DNA from: Promethearchaeota archaeon | GTDB lineage: Archaea; Asgardarchaeota; Lokiarchaeia; Sigyniarchaeales; SOKP01 | Length of the DNA stretch: 64,000 nucleotides | Assembly: GCA_048939995.1 (NCBI GenBank) | Contig: JBHLOY010000001.1 | Span: forward strand, 224,001 to 288,000 | Reading direction: 5' to 3' | In this document: in pieces, positions 38,887-48,185 of the stretch | Layout: the number at the start of each line of letters is the position of its first letter | Numbering within the stretch: position 1 is the first letter of the stretch | The notes under the pieces: model-generated | What the model saw: only the letters and a program-made list of their open reading frames with translations | What the model was told of the DNA's origin: nothing | Database searches by the model: none | Program-made: the position numbers and the translations under genes

Positions 38887-39561
38887 TTAGAAAATTCCTG
38901 TTATTGAAACACCGACCACTAGAAGCAGAAATCCTTGAAGTATGCAAAATGCTGAAATCACAAATGCTATTGGTGGCCAAGACACACCTTTAGAAATTTT
39001 CATCAAGCCCCCTATATAGAACTTAGTTGTAAGTGCAACAATCGCAAAAATGACGATAAATAGGATAATAAAGAATAACTTCGGATTCATGGCAAGCCCA
39101 ATTATAATGTATGCTTCTTCAGGCATTACAAAAATAAGTATTAACACTACTGCGGAGCCAGCGAGCAATCCTAAAACACTTGCAATAGGCATATCATTAA
39201 TAGGTTTTAAAAATGTTAGAATACCAAATATTATTAAAAAAGCAGAAGTAAATATACTTACTTGATCTCCAGTGCCACTTATATATGCTACACTTGGTGC
39301 AATATTATACATTAAACCAGAAATTCCACATAAAAGACTAAAAACTCCTACTACAAATCCAAAATAAGTGAGTATTTTTAAAAACTTTGTAGGTTCAGCA
39401 TGCTCCCACTCTTCTACCTTTCTTTTTTCAAAGGAGCCTCTTCTTTTGGTCTCGTAAATGGCATAAATCAACCACATTAAACCTAAAATCAATAGGAAAA
39501 AACCTGCAAATGCACCTAAAGGTTTAAAGAAATTATCAACAAAATTCCATTCAAAAAACAC
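38887..39561 (-). CDS. Membrane protein of unknown function (about 6 TM)
   Basis: Alternating hydrophobic segments; SD-like GGAGTGA upstream. Confidence 0.75.
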   Translation of the reverse strand: MFFEWNFVDNFFKPLGAFAGFFLLILGLMWLIYAIYETKRRGSFEKRKVEEWEHAEPTKFLKILTYFGFVVGVFSLLCGISGLMYNIAPSVAYISGTGDQVSIFTSAFLIIFGILTFLKPINDMPIASVLGLLAGSAVVLILIFVMPEEAYIIIGLAMNPKLFFIILFIVIFAIVALTTKFYIGGLMKISKGVSWPPIAFVISAFCILQGFLLLVVGVSITGIF

Positions 39562-39686
39562 CTTATTTCACTCCATAAATTGAATTAAGATTTATTATTA
39601 TATAGATAATCATATGATTAAAATATATATTTAGTGGAGTCCAATAATTCAGAATATTAAAAAAGAATTAACTTCGAAATTAGGAA

Positions 39687-41384
39687 TCAATCTTTTATGA
39701 ATGCCATTATTTTTTTGATATAATTTAAATAGTTTCTGATCTCTTTATTTTTCTTGTTATCGTCCCAGAGATATTCTTTTGCCATTAGATCTGCAACTCT
39801 TTCAGCCGCTTCTGCGGCCTCTCGATGGTCTACCCATAATGACATCTCAGATCTTCTGCAAAAAACATCAATCAAATGAGTAGTTAATTCATACCTTAGT
39901 GTATAGATAATTTCAGCGCAGATGAAATAATAATCTTCTAATATCTTTTGTTTGAGGGTTTCATCTTCTTTGATGAGTTCGAGGATTTTAATTGCACCCT
40001 TTCCATATTGCTGATATAAGTGCTCAATGACATCCGCTTGCAATTCTATTCCAGACGCTTTCAATTTCTCATACCATTCCCTTTCTTCTAATCCTATAAT
40101 GAATTTTTGTCTGGAAAAATGTTTTGGTCTCTGAATATTGGGAAATATTTTTTTTTCTTCAATGTGATTAAATAAATCTTCTGCCATGGCTCTCCATTCA
40201 GTTAGTTTTCCCCCTGTAATAGTTAACAACCCATCATCAGAAAAGAAAATTATATGCTTTCTTGAAACTTCACTTTCAGATTTACCTTTTTGCATAACCA
40301 AGGGTCTTATTCCTGCATATGTAGATAAAATATTATTATAATCTATTTCTGCATTTGGAAAATAATACTTAACAGATTCTATTAAATAATCTGCATCTTC
40401 CTTATAACAAAAAGGATCTGCATAATCTTCCTTATAATCTGTATCTGTAGTACCTATTATTGTGAATTCTTTATTACGCGGTAATACGAAAAATGCCCTT
40501 CCATCCGAAATTGAGAACACTATTGCTGCCATATTATTTCTTATATGCTTTCTCCTATATTGCAAATGAACTCCTTTTGTAGGGCGAATTAAGGGTTTTG
40601 GAATCTCCTCAGGATAATTCTCTAATAAACCATCAGTCCAGACTCCAGTGGCATTGATTACTAATGTAGTTTTTATATCGAATTCACTACTCTTTTCTAA
40701 ATCCTTACATTTAACACCTACAATTTTACCGTTTTCTTTAAGATAACCAATCACTTCACAATAATTGATCGCATCTGCTCCCCTTATTACTGCTTCTTTA
40801 ATAGTTTCTATAGTCAATCGTGCGTCATCAACATTATTATCATAATAAACAGCTCCCCCTAAATTTCCGTCTCTTATGTATTCTGGCTCCATCTCAAAGA
40901 TTTCTTCAGGAGAATACCATTTATGTTTTTTATAGTTTTTATACTCTGAATCTTTATCACTTAAAATATCATAAATTTTGCATGCGCCCACTATATCACG
41001 CTTCTTGTATTTCCCATCTTTTAAAGTTACAAAAAGAAAAGGGATAGGACGAACTAAGTGAGGAATATGTGCTCTCATCCAGTTCCTTTCTCTCGTCGCT
41101 TCTTTGACTAAATCTATATCACCATGACTAAGATATCTAATACCTCCATGTGCCAATTTAGAGCTTCTCGAAGAGGTCCCAGCAGAGAAATCTTGCATAT
41201 CTAAAATCGCCACCTTCAATCCCCTCATAGCAGCTTCTCTTGCTACACCTGCACCTGTAATTCCAGCTCCAATTACTACAATATCATAACTTCTTCTTTT
41301 CAAATTATTTAAAATTGAATCTCTTGACTTTTGATTCCAAGTTTGGTCAAAAAGTTTTTCTTCTAAATTGCTCATGAATATCAT
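39687..41384 (-). CDS. glpD: FAD-dependent glycerol-3-phosphate dehydrogenase/oxidase (GlpD/GlpA family)
   Basis: VIGAGITGAGVA, DFSAGTSSRSSKLAHGGIRYL, DDARL, INATGVW, TKGVH, GTTD, YAGIRPL, SRKH, TGGKLT. Confidence 0.92.
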   Translation of the reverse strand: MIFMSNLEEKLFDQTWNQKSRDSILNNLKRRSYDIVVIGAGITGAGVAREAAMRGLKVAILDMQDFSAGTSSRSSKLAHGGIRYLSHGDIDLVKEATRERNWMRAHIPHLVRPIPFLFVTLKDGKYKKRDIVGACKIYDILSDKDSEYKNYKKHKWYSPEEIFEMEPEYIRDGNLGGAVYYDNNVDDARLTIETIKEAVIRGADAINYCEVIGYLKENGKIVGVKCKDLEKSSEFDIKTTLVINATGVWTDGLLENYPEEIPKPLIRPTKGVHLQYRRKHIRNNMAAIVFSISDGRAFFVLPRNKEFTIIGTTDTDYKEDYADPFCYKEDADYLIESVKYYFPNAEIDYNNILSTYAGIRPLVMQKGKSESEVSRKHIIFFSDDGLLTITGGKLTEWRAMAEDLFNHIEEKKIFPNIQRPKHFSRQKFIIGLEEREWYEKLKASGIELQADVIEHLYQQYGKGAIKILELIKEDETLKQKILEDYYFICAEIIYTLRYELTTHLIDVFCRRSEMSLWVDHREAAEAAERVADLMAKEYLWDDNKKNKEIRNYLNYIKKIMAFIKD

Positions 41385-41460
41385 CTATAAGAATATTTGA
41401 AGATAAATTAAGTTTGTTGACATATTATCCCCAAAGATTTGGTATTTTTAATAGTTAAAA

Positions 41461-42102
41461 TTAGACTTTTTCAAATATAAATGCAATCATATGCTCAACC
41501 CCAAATTCTTTAGAGCTTTGAACTTCTCGATAAATTTTAAGAAGATTCATCCCTAATGGTTTAAATATTTCTAAAACTTCCTCTTCAGGATACGGACGTG
41601 AATACATTTTTTCTCCCATAATTTCAATAAAAATTTCATTGTCTACATTTACTCCTTTCACACGGGGTTCATTTAAAGACAGATAAAATAAACCTTTATT
41701 TTTTAGTGAGCAAACTATTCTCTTCGCAACATCCCTAAAATATGGTGGATCAAGTAAAAGCATTGAATAAGAAGAAAAAACTCCATCAAATTCATTCTCA
41801 AAATTTATGAGGGTTATGGATAATTGTCTAAAGGAGGCTTGAGGCACATTTTTTTGTGCGATTTCTATCATCTTTTCGGATATATCAATACCAAGTACTT
41901 TGAAACCTCTTTCTACCATAAATTTCACATAGGGGATTCCTGTTCCAGAGCCTAAATCTAAAATATAACCATTTTTGGGAAGTTTTTCACAAAATAACTC
42001 AACTAACGGATTAATTTTCCCATAACCTATTTTTTCATACCGTTCTGCTAGATTATTCCATGCTCTCTTATTTAATGATATGATATCTATTCTGTCTCTC
42101 AT
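41461..42102 (-). CDS. Class I SAM-dependent methyltransferase
   Basis: ILDLGSGTG, GIDISEKMI, FDGV. Confidence 0.9.
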   Translation of the reverse strand: MRDRIDIISLNKRAWNNLAERYEKIGYGKINPLVELFCEKLPKNGYILDLGSGTGIPYVKFMVERGFKVLGIDISEKMIEIAQKNVPQASFRQLSITLINFENEFDGVFSSYSMLLLDPPYFRDVAKRIVCSLKNKGLFYLSLNEPRVKGVNVDNEIFIEIMGEKMYSRPYPEEEVLEIFKPLGMNLLKIYREVQSSKEFGVEHMIAFIFEKV

Positions 42103-42132
42103 ATTATTTTTTAAGAAATCTTAAAAAATAAA

Positions 42133-43104
42133 TCATTCTTCTATTAATTTATGAAGGAGTAACGGCATAGAATAGATATCATAATAATTATGTTCTATAA
42201 CTTTCTTAATTAATCCTCCATTTCTAAAAGGATCTTCTAGATACTTCTTATAAAAAAAACCTGCTAAAACTCCTGGAATATCAAGGTTTCTTTTTATATC
42301 TAATAGTTCCTTTTCCATGTTTGTGAGAGTAAATCCTTCAAAATCTTCTTTGAATTTCCTTCTACAGTTATGGTATAAATCAATATGATGAAATTTCGTA
42401 TTAAAGTCTTCATAGGGAGTATCTTGGTCTGTGATCATTGGATTGTTGTCAAAATAATAAAGAAATCGATTAGCAATATAAGGAATATCAAAACTCTTAC
42501 CATTATATGTCACAAAACACTTAAAATGAGGAATAATTTCATTCTTGAAATGCTCAAGTAGAGTAATTTCTTCAGAAAAATCTCGAGCAAATAGGATATG
42601 AATCTCAAAAGTTTGGTTTCTGAAAAATCCAATTCCTATTATTATGATTGGACTATTATATGTGCCCATTGTTTCTATATCAAGAAAAAGTAAATCCTCT
42701 AGCTCAAAACAAAAAGCTACATCTAGATCATTAATGTATCGATTCCCACATAAACGGAAATAATCTTTATTTTTAATAAGATTTAAGAGATTATTCACTG
42801 AATGCATATACTTAAAATTAATCTTCAAATCATATAATGATTTTACCCCTCGTCGTATCAGTTTTTGCTCGATTTTATCTCCAATATAGTAAACGGTTTT
42901 AAGGTTTTGCAGTAAATTGATCTTTAATTTATTGAGGTTAATATTACAAGCACATAGGGATTCATTCCATGTAAGTTCCATAAATTCGCCCATAGCATTT
43001 TTTGTAATCTTATAATTCTGAAATAAATCTTCTAATTTTGTTTCCTTACCTCCATTAATTAAAGGAGATATATCAAAACCTTCAAAATTATAATAAGAGT
43101 CCAT
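42133..43104 (-). CDS. YprB-type RNase H-like (DEDD) exonuclease domain protein with HhH-like motif
   Basis: LFLDIETMG, VTYNGKSFDIPYI, HIDL, HNYYDI; TVYYIGDKIEQKL..RGV HhH-like segment. Confidence 0.85.
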   Translation of the reverse strand: MDSYYNFEGFDISPLINGGKETKLEDLFQNYKITKNAMGEFMELTWNESLCACNINLNKLKINLLQNLKTVYYIGDKIEQKLIRRGVKSLYDLKINFKYMHSVNNLLNLIKNKDYFRLCGNRYINDLDVAFCFELEDLLFLDIETMGTYNSPIIIIGIGFFRNQTFEIHILFARDFSEEITLLEHFKNEIIPHFKCFVTYNGKSFDIPYIANRFLYYFDNNPMITDQDTPYEDFNTKFHHIDLYHNCRRKFKEDFEGFTLTNMEKELLDIKRNLDIPGVLAGFFYKKYLEDPFRNGGLIKKVIEHNYYDIYSMPLLLHKLIEE

Positions 43105-43306
43105 TATTTGTTCTAATTAATTAGGTTTATTTAAAAAGTAATTCTGTTGAGATTTATAGTAAAACTGAAAAGAGATAAAATTTAATATTTAGTTAATTTG
43201 ACTAGGATCATTAAGATGCGACCAAAAAGCTCTTATCCTATAGAATATATTAATAATATTCTTTATGAAGTGGAACAATGAAAAATTAAAAGAAAAGATG
43301 CTTGTG

Positions 43307-44599
43307 TTATTGCTTATATCTAAAAAGTCTTCTTGATTCGCTATCTTCTAGAACATAGTTCGATCCCCCTCCATGTACCATACAATAGGGGTCAAGAAGT
43401 CCGATTTCATTAGCATATTGCCTTGTAAAGCCACGTCCACCCATAGTTCTGAAACAATGTATAGAGGATTCAAACCCTAATTCCGTAGCGCTAACTTTAA
43501 GACCCATGGCATTTACTGCCATTAATTTTGAACTCGCTAATTCGGGATGCTCATCAAGTTGTCGTGCATAATTAAATAAAGCAGAAATGTGTAAGTTTAA
43601 TTCGCGAATTTTTTCCGAAATAGGATATCTTATAACCTGATATTGATGTAATCTTTTTTCGAATTGTACACGTTGTAAGGCATATGCATGAGAATATAAT
43701 AACTTTTTCATTGCGTCCCCTAACGCTTCAGCACTGATAACTAGTCTCTCTTCTGTAAGTTGATGAAAGGCTATATCCAAGCCATGTCCGTTTAAGAGGT
43801 TTTCTTTTGGAATTTCAGTTCCATCAAAGATTAAACGACTTACAAAAGCATCAGTCATTCCATAAGTACTGATTCTTGTGCTTTTAAAATTCTTCAATTC
43901 TTGATGTTCAGTATCAAGTACCACCGCCCCAAGTTCGCCATTATCCAATCTACCATATAAAATGATATAGTCTGCTATCATACCATTGGTGATAAATAAT
44001 TTTTTACCTTTTGCGATTATTTTATCATTTTCTTCATGTAAAGATAATTCCATTCTAAAGATATCTGATCCTGCATTGAATTCTGTCATTGCTGAGGCTC
44101 CAATTTGGCCATCTTTTGCAACAGGAACTAGAAAACTTTCATTTTGCCATTTGTTTGACGCATAATTAACGGGATTGCAATATAATGTACCTCCTGCTAA
44201 TCTTCCCATCTCAACGCTATAATTACCTGCAATATATTTTTCACTATGTTCGCTCCAACGCCCTCCACATAATGCATAAGCAATTAAAGCATTTCTTGTA
44301 ATTCGTCCCACTTCAAATTCTTCAGTATTTAAAATAGTTGAATAATAACCTTTTTCAGCTAGTTTCTTCATAATGCCTATAACAATCTCTTTTTTCTTAT
44401 CTTCTGTAGGTTGTTCTATGTAATAGTTTAATTCCTCTAATTTCCTTAAATCTTTATCAAGTCTATTTTCGAGGAACTCATAAAACTCTGCTAGAAATTC
44501 TTTTTCCTTATCGTTTAGAACTGGATTGTTCAATAAGTCTAGCTCAGGGACATATCTTTGAATTCTTATCTTTTCAAATTCACTGATTCTTGTATCCAT
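43307..44599 (-). CDS. Acyl-CoA dehydrogenase family protein
   Basis: AMTEFNAGSD, GKKLFITNG, LTEERL, YALQRVQFEKRLHQYQVI, MGGRGF, HGGGSN. Confidence 0.92.
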   Translation of the reverse strand: MDTRISEFEKIRIQRYVPELDLLNNPVLNDKEKEFLAEFYEFLENRLDKDLRKLEELNYYIEQPTEDKKKEIVIGIMKKLAEKGYYSTILNTEEFEVGRITRNALIAYALCGGRWSEHSEKYIAGNYSVEMGRLAGGTLYCNPVNYASNKWQNESFLVPVAKDGQIGASAMTEFNAGSDIFRMELSLHEENDKIIAKGKKLFITNGMIADYIILYGRLDNGELGAVVLDTEHQELKNFKSTRISTYGMTDAFVSRLIFDGTEIPKENLLNGHGLDIAFHQLTEERLVISAEALGDAMKKLLYSHAYALQRVQFEKRLHQYQVIRYPISEKIRELNLHISALFNYARQLDEHPELASSKLMAVNAMGLKVSATELGFESSIHCFRTMGGRGFTRQYANEIGLLDPYCMVHGGGSNYVLEDSESRRLFRYKQ

Positions 44600-44763
44600 A
44601 AAAGATCATAAACATTTTTGTAATTTAAAATTAGAATGTTAATTATTAGAAATGTTTTAATCAAAATAAAACATAACAATAAAATATCAGATCTATTAAA
44701 AATATAACTACAAAAACCAAATGAAAGAAAATTAAAGAAAGAAATAATATAATGTGAAAAATA

Positions 44764-46185
44764 ATGATAAAATTTAGTGATAAACAATTAAAGATACCTA
44801 AATTGATGAGACCAGTATATCTGGCTACAGTAGGAATGTCTAAATTTGATAGAGCTTTTCCAGAGACTCGCACTGAAGAGCTTTGCGTTGATGCATTTAC
44901 TGCTGCTGCTGATTTTGTGAATATGACCCCTTCTGAATTAAAAAGTTATATTCATACATGTTATTATGGTCATTTTGCGGATCATTTTGGTGATCAACTC
45001 CTTGGAGAGGCTGTTATTCATGATAGATTAGGTTTAGATCCATTGGGAAATATTGGTGTAAAAACAGGTGGCGCAACTGGAGGATCAGCCATGTGGGAAG
45101 CTGTTAAGACAGTAGCCTCAGGGTATAGTGATTGTGCTCTAGCATTGGGGTGGGAGAGGATGGATGAAGTTCCTACGGATGAGGGAAATCATTTAATTTC
45201 ATGTGCTGCAGACAAGGATTGGGAAACTCCATTAGGTCATATTTATACTGGCTATTATGCTGTAATGGCTCAGAGGTATTGGAAAATATTTGGCAAAGAA
45301 GAACCTTCTTTTAGAGATACAATGGCAGAAATTGCAGTAAAAAATCGTGGATATGCTAGAATGAATCCTCATGCTCAAGGTCCTATGAAGATCACAATAG
45401 AAGATGTTAAAAATTCGCCCATAGTAGCTTATCCTCTAAGAGCTTTAGATTGCTGTTTAATGAGTGTAGGATCTGCATGTGGAATCGTTTGTGATGAGAA
45501 GACAGCTTATGAGATTACAGACAAACCGCTCAGAATTTATATTGCTGCCGGAAGTCACACACTAAGAGTGGCTGATCGAAGAAATATGAATATCCCATTA
45601 TTACCTAATGAAGAACCAGGTCAATATGACAATTTGGGTAAGCAATTTCCAGGAGGAGATCGATATCCTGGTTTCACGGGTTTTTTGGCTGCTCGTATGG
45701 CAGCCTATTATGCTTATAGAATGGCTGGTGTGATGGATCCAACAGATGATTTAGATATTGTTGAATTGCATGATGCATTTACAATCAGTGATATTCAAAC
45801 CTATGAAGATATAGGAATACGACCATATGGTCATGGGCGCGAATATATTGAATCTGGTGATGCTTATGTTATTAATCCAAAAACCAATAAGCCTGGAAAA
45901 TTACCTAGCAATCCATGTGGGGGCCTAATAGGTTGCATGCACGCTGTAGGAGCTACTGGATTAATGCAAATAGCTGAAATCGGTTATCATATATGGAATA
46001 GATGGGATGAAATTCATGAACCAAAAGAAAAATGGAAAGCATTTGATCGTGAAAAGCCAGAAGATTGGACGAGTTTACAAGTCAAAGGTGCTAAGCGTGG
46101 ATTAGCTATAAGTCATGCAGGTGTAGGCTCTCATGTAACTTGTACTATTTTAATGGATCCAAATCATTTAATTAAGGAGGATTGA
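44764..46185 (+). CDS. SCP2-type thiolase-fold protein lacking the N-terminal catalytic Cys
   Basis: VKTGGATGGSA at the usual xCxSG site, GWERM, AVKN, ELHDAFT, NPCGGLIGCMHAVGATG. Confidence 0.88.
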   Translation: MIKFSDKQLKIPKLMRPVYLATVGMSKFDRAFPETRTEELCVDAFTAAADFVNMTPSELKSYIHTCYYGHFADHFGDQLLGEAVIHDRLGLDPLGNIGVKTGGATGGSAMWEAVKTVASGYSDCALALGWERMDEVPTDEGNHLISCAADKDWETPLGHIYTGYYAVMAQRYWKIFGKEEPSFRDTMAEIAVKNRGYARMNPHAQGPMKITIEDVKNSPIVAYPLRALDCCLMSVGSACGIVCDEKTAYEITDKPLRIYIAAGSHTLRVADRRNMNIPLLPNEEPGQYDNLGKQFPGGDRYPGFTGFLAARMAAYYAYRMAGVMDPTDDLDIVELHDAFTISDIQTYEDIGIRPYGHGREYIESGDAYVINPKTNKPGKLPSNPCGGLIGCMHAVGATGLMQIAEIGYHIWNRWDEIHEPKEKWKAFDREKPEDWTSLQVKGAKRGLAISHAGVGSHVTCTILMDPNHLIKED

Positions 46186-46189
46186 AAAG

Positions 46190-46792
46190 ATGCCTAAACT
46201 AGAAGATGAAAAGGGATTTGTTAAAATTGTGAAAGGAAAGTATAAACCTCGAGGGAAATTTCATAATATCGAAAAAAATCAACCAATTTATAATGAAGAT
46301 ACAGGAATGTTAGCAGGAGTTACAAATCCAAGAGATATGACCTATATTCATTCATATGGTGGAGAAAGTATCTTTTTTGAATCATTGGGGAAAGGAAAAT
46401 TAATGGCAACCCGTTGTGATAATGATAAATGCGAGTCAAAGGGATCCATCTTTGAACCTTTTAGAATCTACTGTCCTGATTGCTTGAGAAAAGCTACTGT
46501 TGTTGACATTACCCAAAAAGCTCAAGATTCTGCTAAGATTCATTCATTTATTATCACCCATCGTTCAGGAGCTTTTAATACACTTCCTAAACCAATAAAG
46601 TTCATAAACGTTGAGTTTGATGAAGAAGTAGTAACAATTCTTATGAGTGTATTAGTTGTAGGAGAGCCTGAAATTGGAGAAAGAGTCGTACCAATTTTCC
46701 GAACCAAAAGCCCAACTTATACAATTATGGATTTAATGTTTGTTATTAAAGGTACATCTGAGGCAGAGTTACCAGAAGGATTTACTTTCTAG
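46190..46792 (+). CDS. DUF35/ChsH2-type Zn-ribbon plus OB-fold protein
   Basis: FFESLGKGKLMATRCDNDKC...FEPFRIYCPDC, PEIGERVVPIF; immediately after the thiolase. Confidence 0.88.
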   Translation: MPKLEDEKGFVKIVKGKYKPRGKFHNIEKNQPIYNEDTGMLAGVTNPRDMTYIHSYGGESIFFESLGKGKLMATRCDNDKCESKGSIFEPFRIYCPDCLRKATVVDITQKAQDSAKIHSFIITHRSGAFNTLPKPIKFINVEFDEEVVTILMSVLVVGEPEIGERVVPIFRTKSPTYTIMDLMFVIKGTSEAELPEGFTF

Positions 46793-46942
46793 TAAAAAGA
46801 ACTAAACTTTAATTAAAAATTTAATTTAATTTTTCTATTTTCTAATCGTAGAATATTTGTATCTAAAAGATTTTAAGTGATAAAATAGATTATAATTTAT
46901 TTTTTAATAAAATCCAATCCAATTAATTAGAAGTAGATAAAA

Positions 46943-48013
46943 GTGAGTATAAAATTTGGGATTCAACATGGTGCTAATGTTGGAGAATTAGAGTTAAAAA
47001 CTAAGGATTACATTAAATCAATAAATTATGTTGAAAAAGCGGGATACGACTCTATTTTTATTTGGGATCATTTAAATGCGACTAATACTAAAGAAGTTCC
47101 AAGTTGTAGTGTTTTATTAACTGTCACTTCTTTAGAAACAGAGAAAGTAAGGATAGGATCATGTGTTTGTGATTCATATAGGAGACATCCTTCTCAAATA
47201 GCTTTAGATTCACTAACGCTACAAAAAATATCAAATGATAGGTTTATTTTAGGTCTAGGCGCTGGAGAAGTTATGAATTTAAACAATTTCGGAATAAATT
47301 GGAATAAACCAGCTCTAAGATTGAAAGAATCTGTAGAAGTCATAAAGAAATTATGGAGTACAACTCAATCAGAAAATGCAGTTAATTATTCTGGCAGGTT
47401 TTTTAGTTTAGACAATGCTCGTTTACAATACTCAGTGAATCAACTACCTGAGCTTTGGTTAGCTGCAAATGGACCACGATTGATTGAATTTACGGGAAAA
47501 ATTGCTGATGGATGGATTCCTTCTGCTCATAATGCTAAACTATATAAAAAGAACTTGAAAATTTTAGGAAAGGGAGGGAGATTAGATGAAATTGAGAAAG
47601 CTTGTGAAGTTTTTGTAGTAATTAGTAAGGATAATCCCGAATTAGCACGACAGATGGCTCGATTGGGAGGCGCATCAATAAGTGTGAATCCATATATTCT
47701 TGAAGATTTGAATATAAAAATCCCTGATAACATTCCTCATGGTCGTTATTACAAGGAAACAATAAGAGAATTAGAAAGTGAGGAAAAAGCAAAAGAGATT
47801 TCTGAGTTTGCTAAAGAATACATACCTCAAGATGTTATTGATTCAATGATTATCTCTGGAAGCCCAGAAGAATGCATTGAACAAATTGATGAGTATATCA
47901 ATGCTGGCGTAGAACATTTTTTAATTGAAGTTTGGGGGTTAGGGAAATATTTTCAGGCGTTAGAGTTATTTACTGATACTGTATTTAGTTATTTTAAAGA
48001 ACTTTACGATTGA
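46943..48013 (+). CDS. LLM-class (luciferase-like) flavin/F420-dependent oxidoreductase
   Basis: GYDSIFIWDH, RIGSCV, RRHP, RFILGLGAG, LWLAANGP, IADGW, SGSPEEC. Confidence 0.88.
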   Translation: MSIKFGIQHGANVGELELKTKDYIKSINYVEKAGYDSIFIWDHLNATNTKEVPSCSVLLTVTSLETEKVRIGSCVCDSYRRHPSQIALDSLTLQKISNDRFILGLGAGEVMNLNNFGINWNKPALRLKESVEVIKKLWSTTQSENAVNYSGRFFSLDNARLQYSVNQLPELWLAANGPRLIEFTGKIADGWIPSAHNAKLYKKNLKILGKGGRLDEIEKACEVFVVISKDNPELARQMARLGGASISVNPYILEDLNIKIPDNIPHGRYYKETIRELESEEKAKEISEFAKEYIPQDVIDSMIISGSPEECIEQIDEYINAGVEHFLIEVWGLGKYFQALELFTDTVFSYFKELYD

Positions 48014-48185
48014 ATTCGAAGTTAGATTTATTTTAAGGCTTTCAAAATCATTCTTTTTCAATTTTGTAATCTAAATAGCTTAATTCTAAAGAAACCTTTA
48101 TATTTTTTAAATCCGATAAATTATAAACCCTATATATTGAAATAAGATTAATTATAAAATAAAATTAAAATAGAGTGATAAAAAA

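Noticed and set aside
44566-44873. Two hydrophobic minus-strand ORFs (44566..44787, 44661..44873)
   Set aside because: They come from the A-rich divergent promoter spacer (poly-T on the minus strand gives Phe/Ile/Leu) and overlap the ACAD and thiolase starts.
46943-48013. Calling the LLM gene mer (methylene-H4MPT reductase)
   Set aside because: Family-level motifs only, and the context is lipid catabolism; orthology cannot be shown without a tree.
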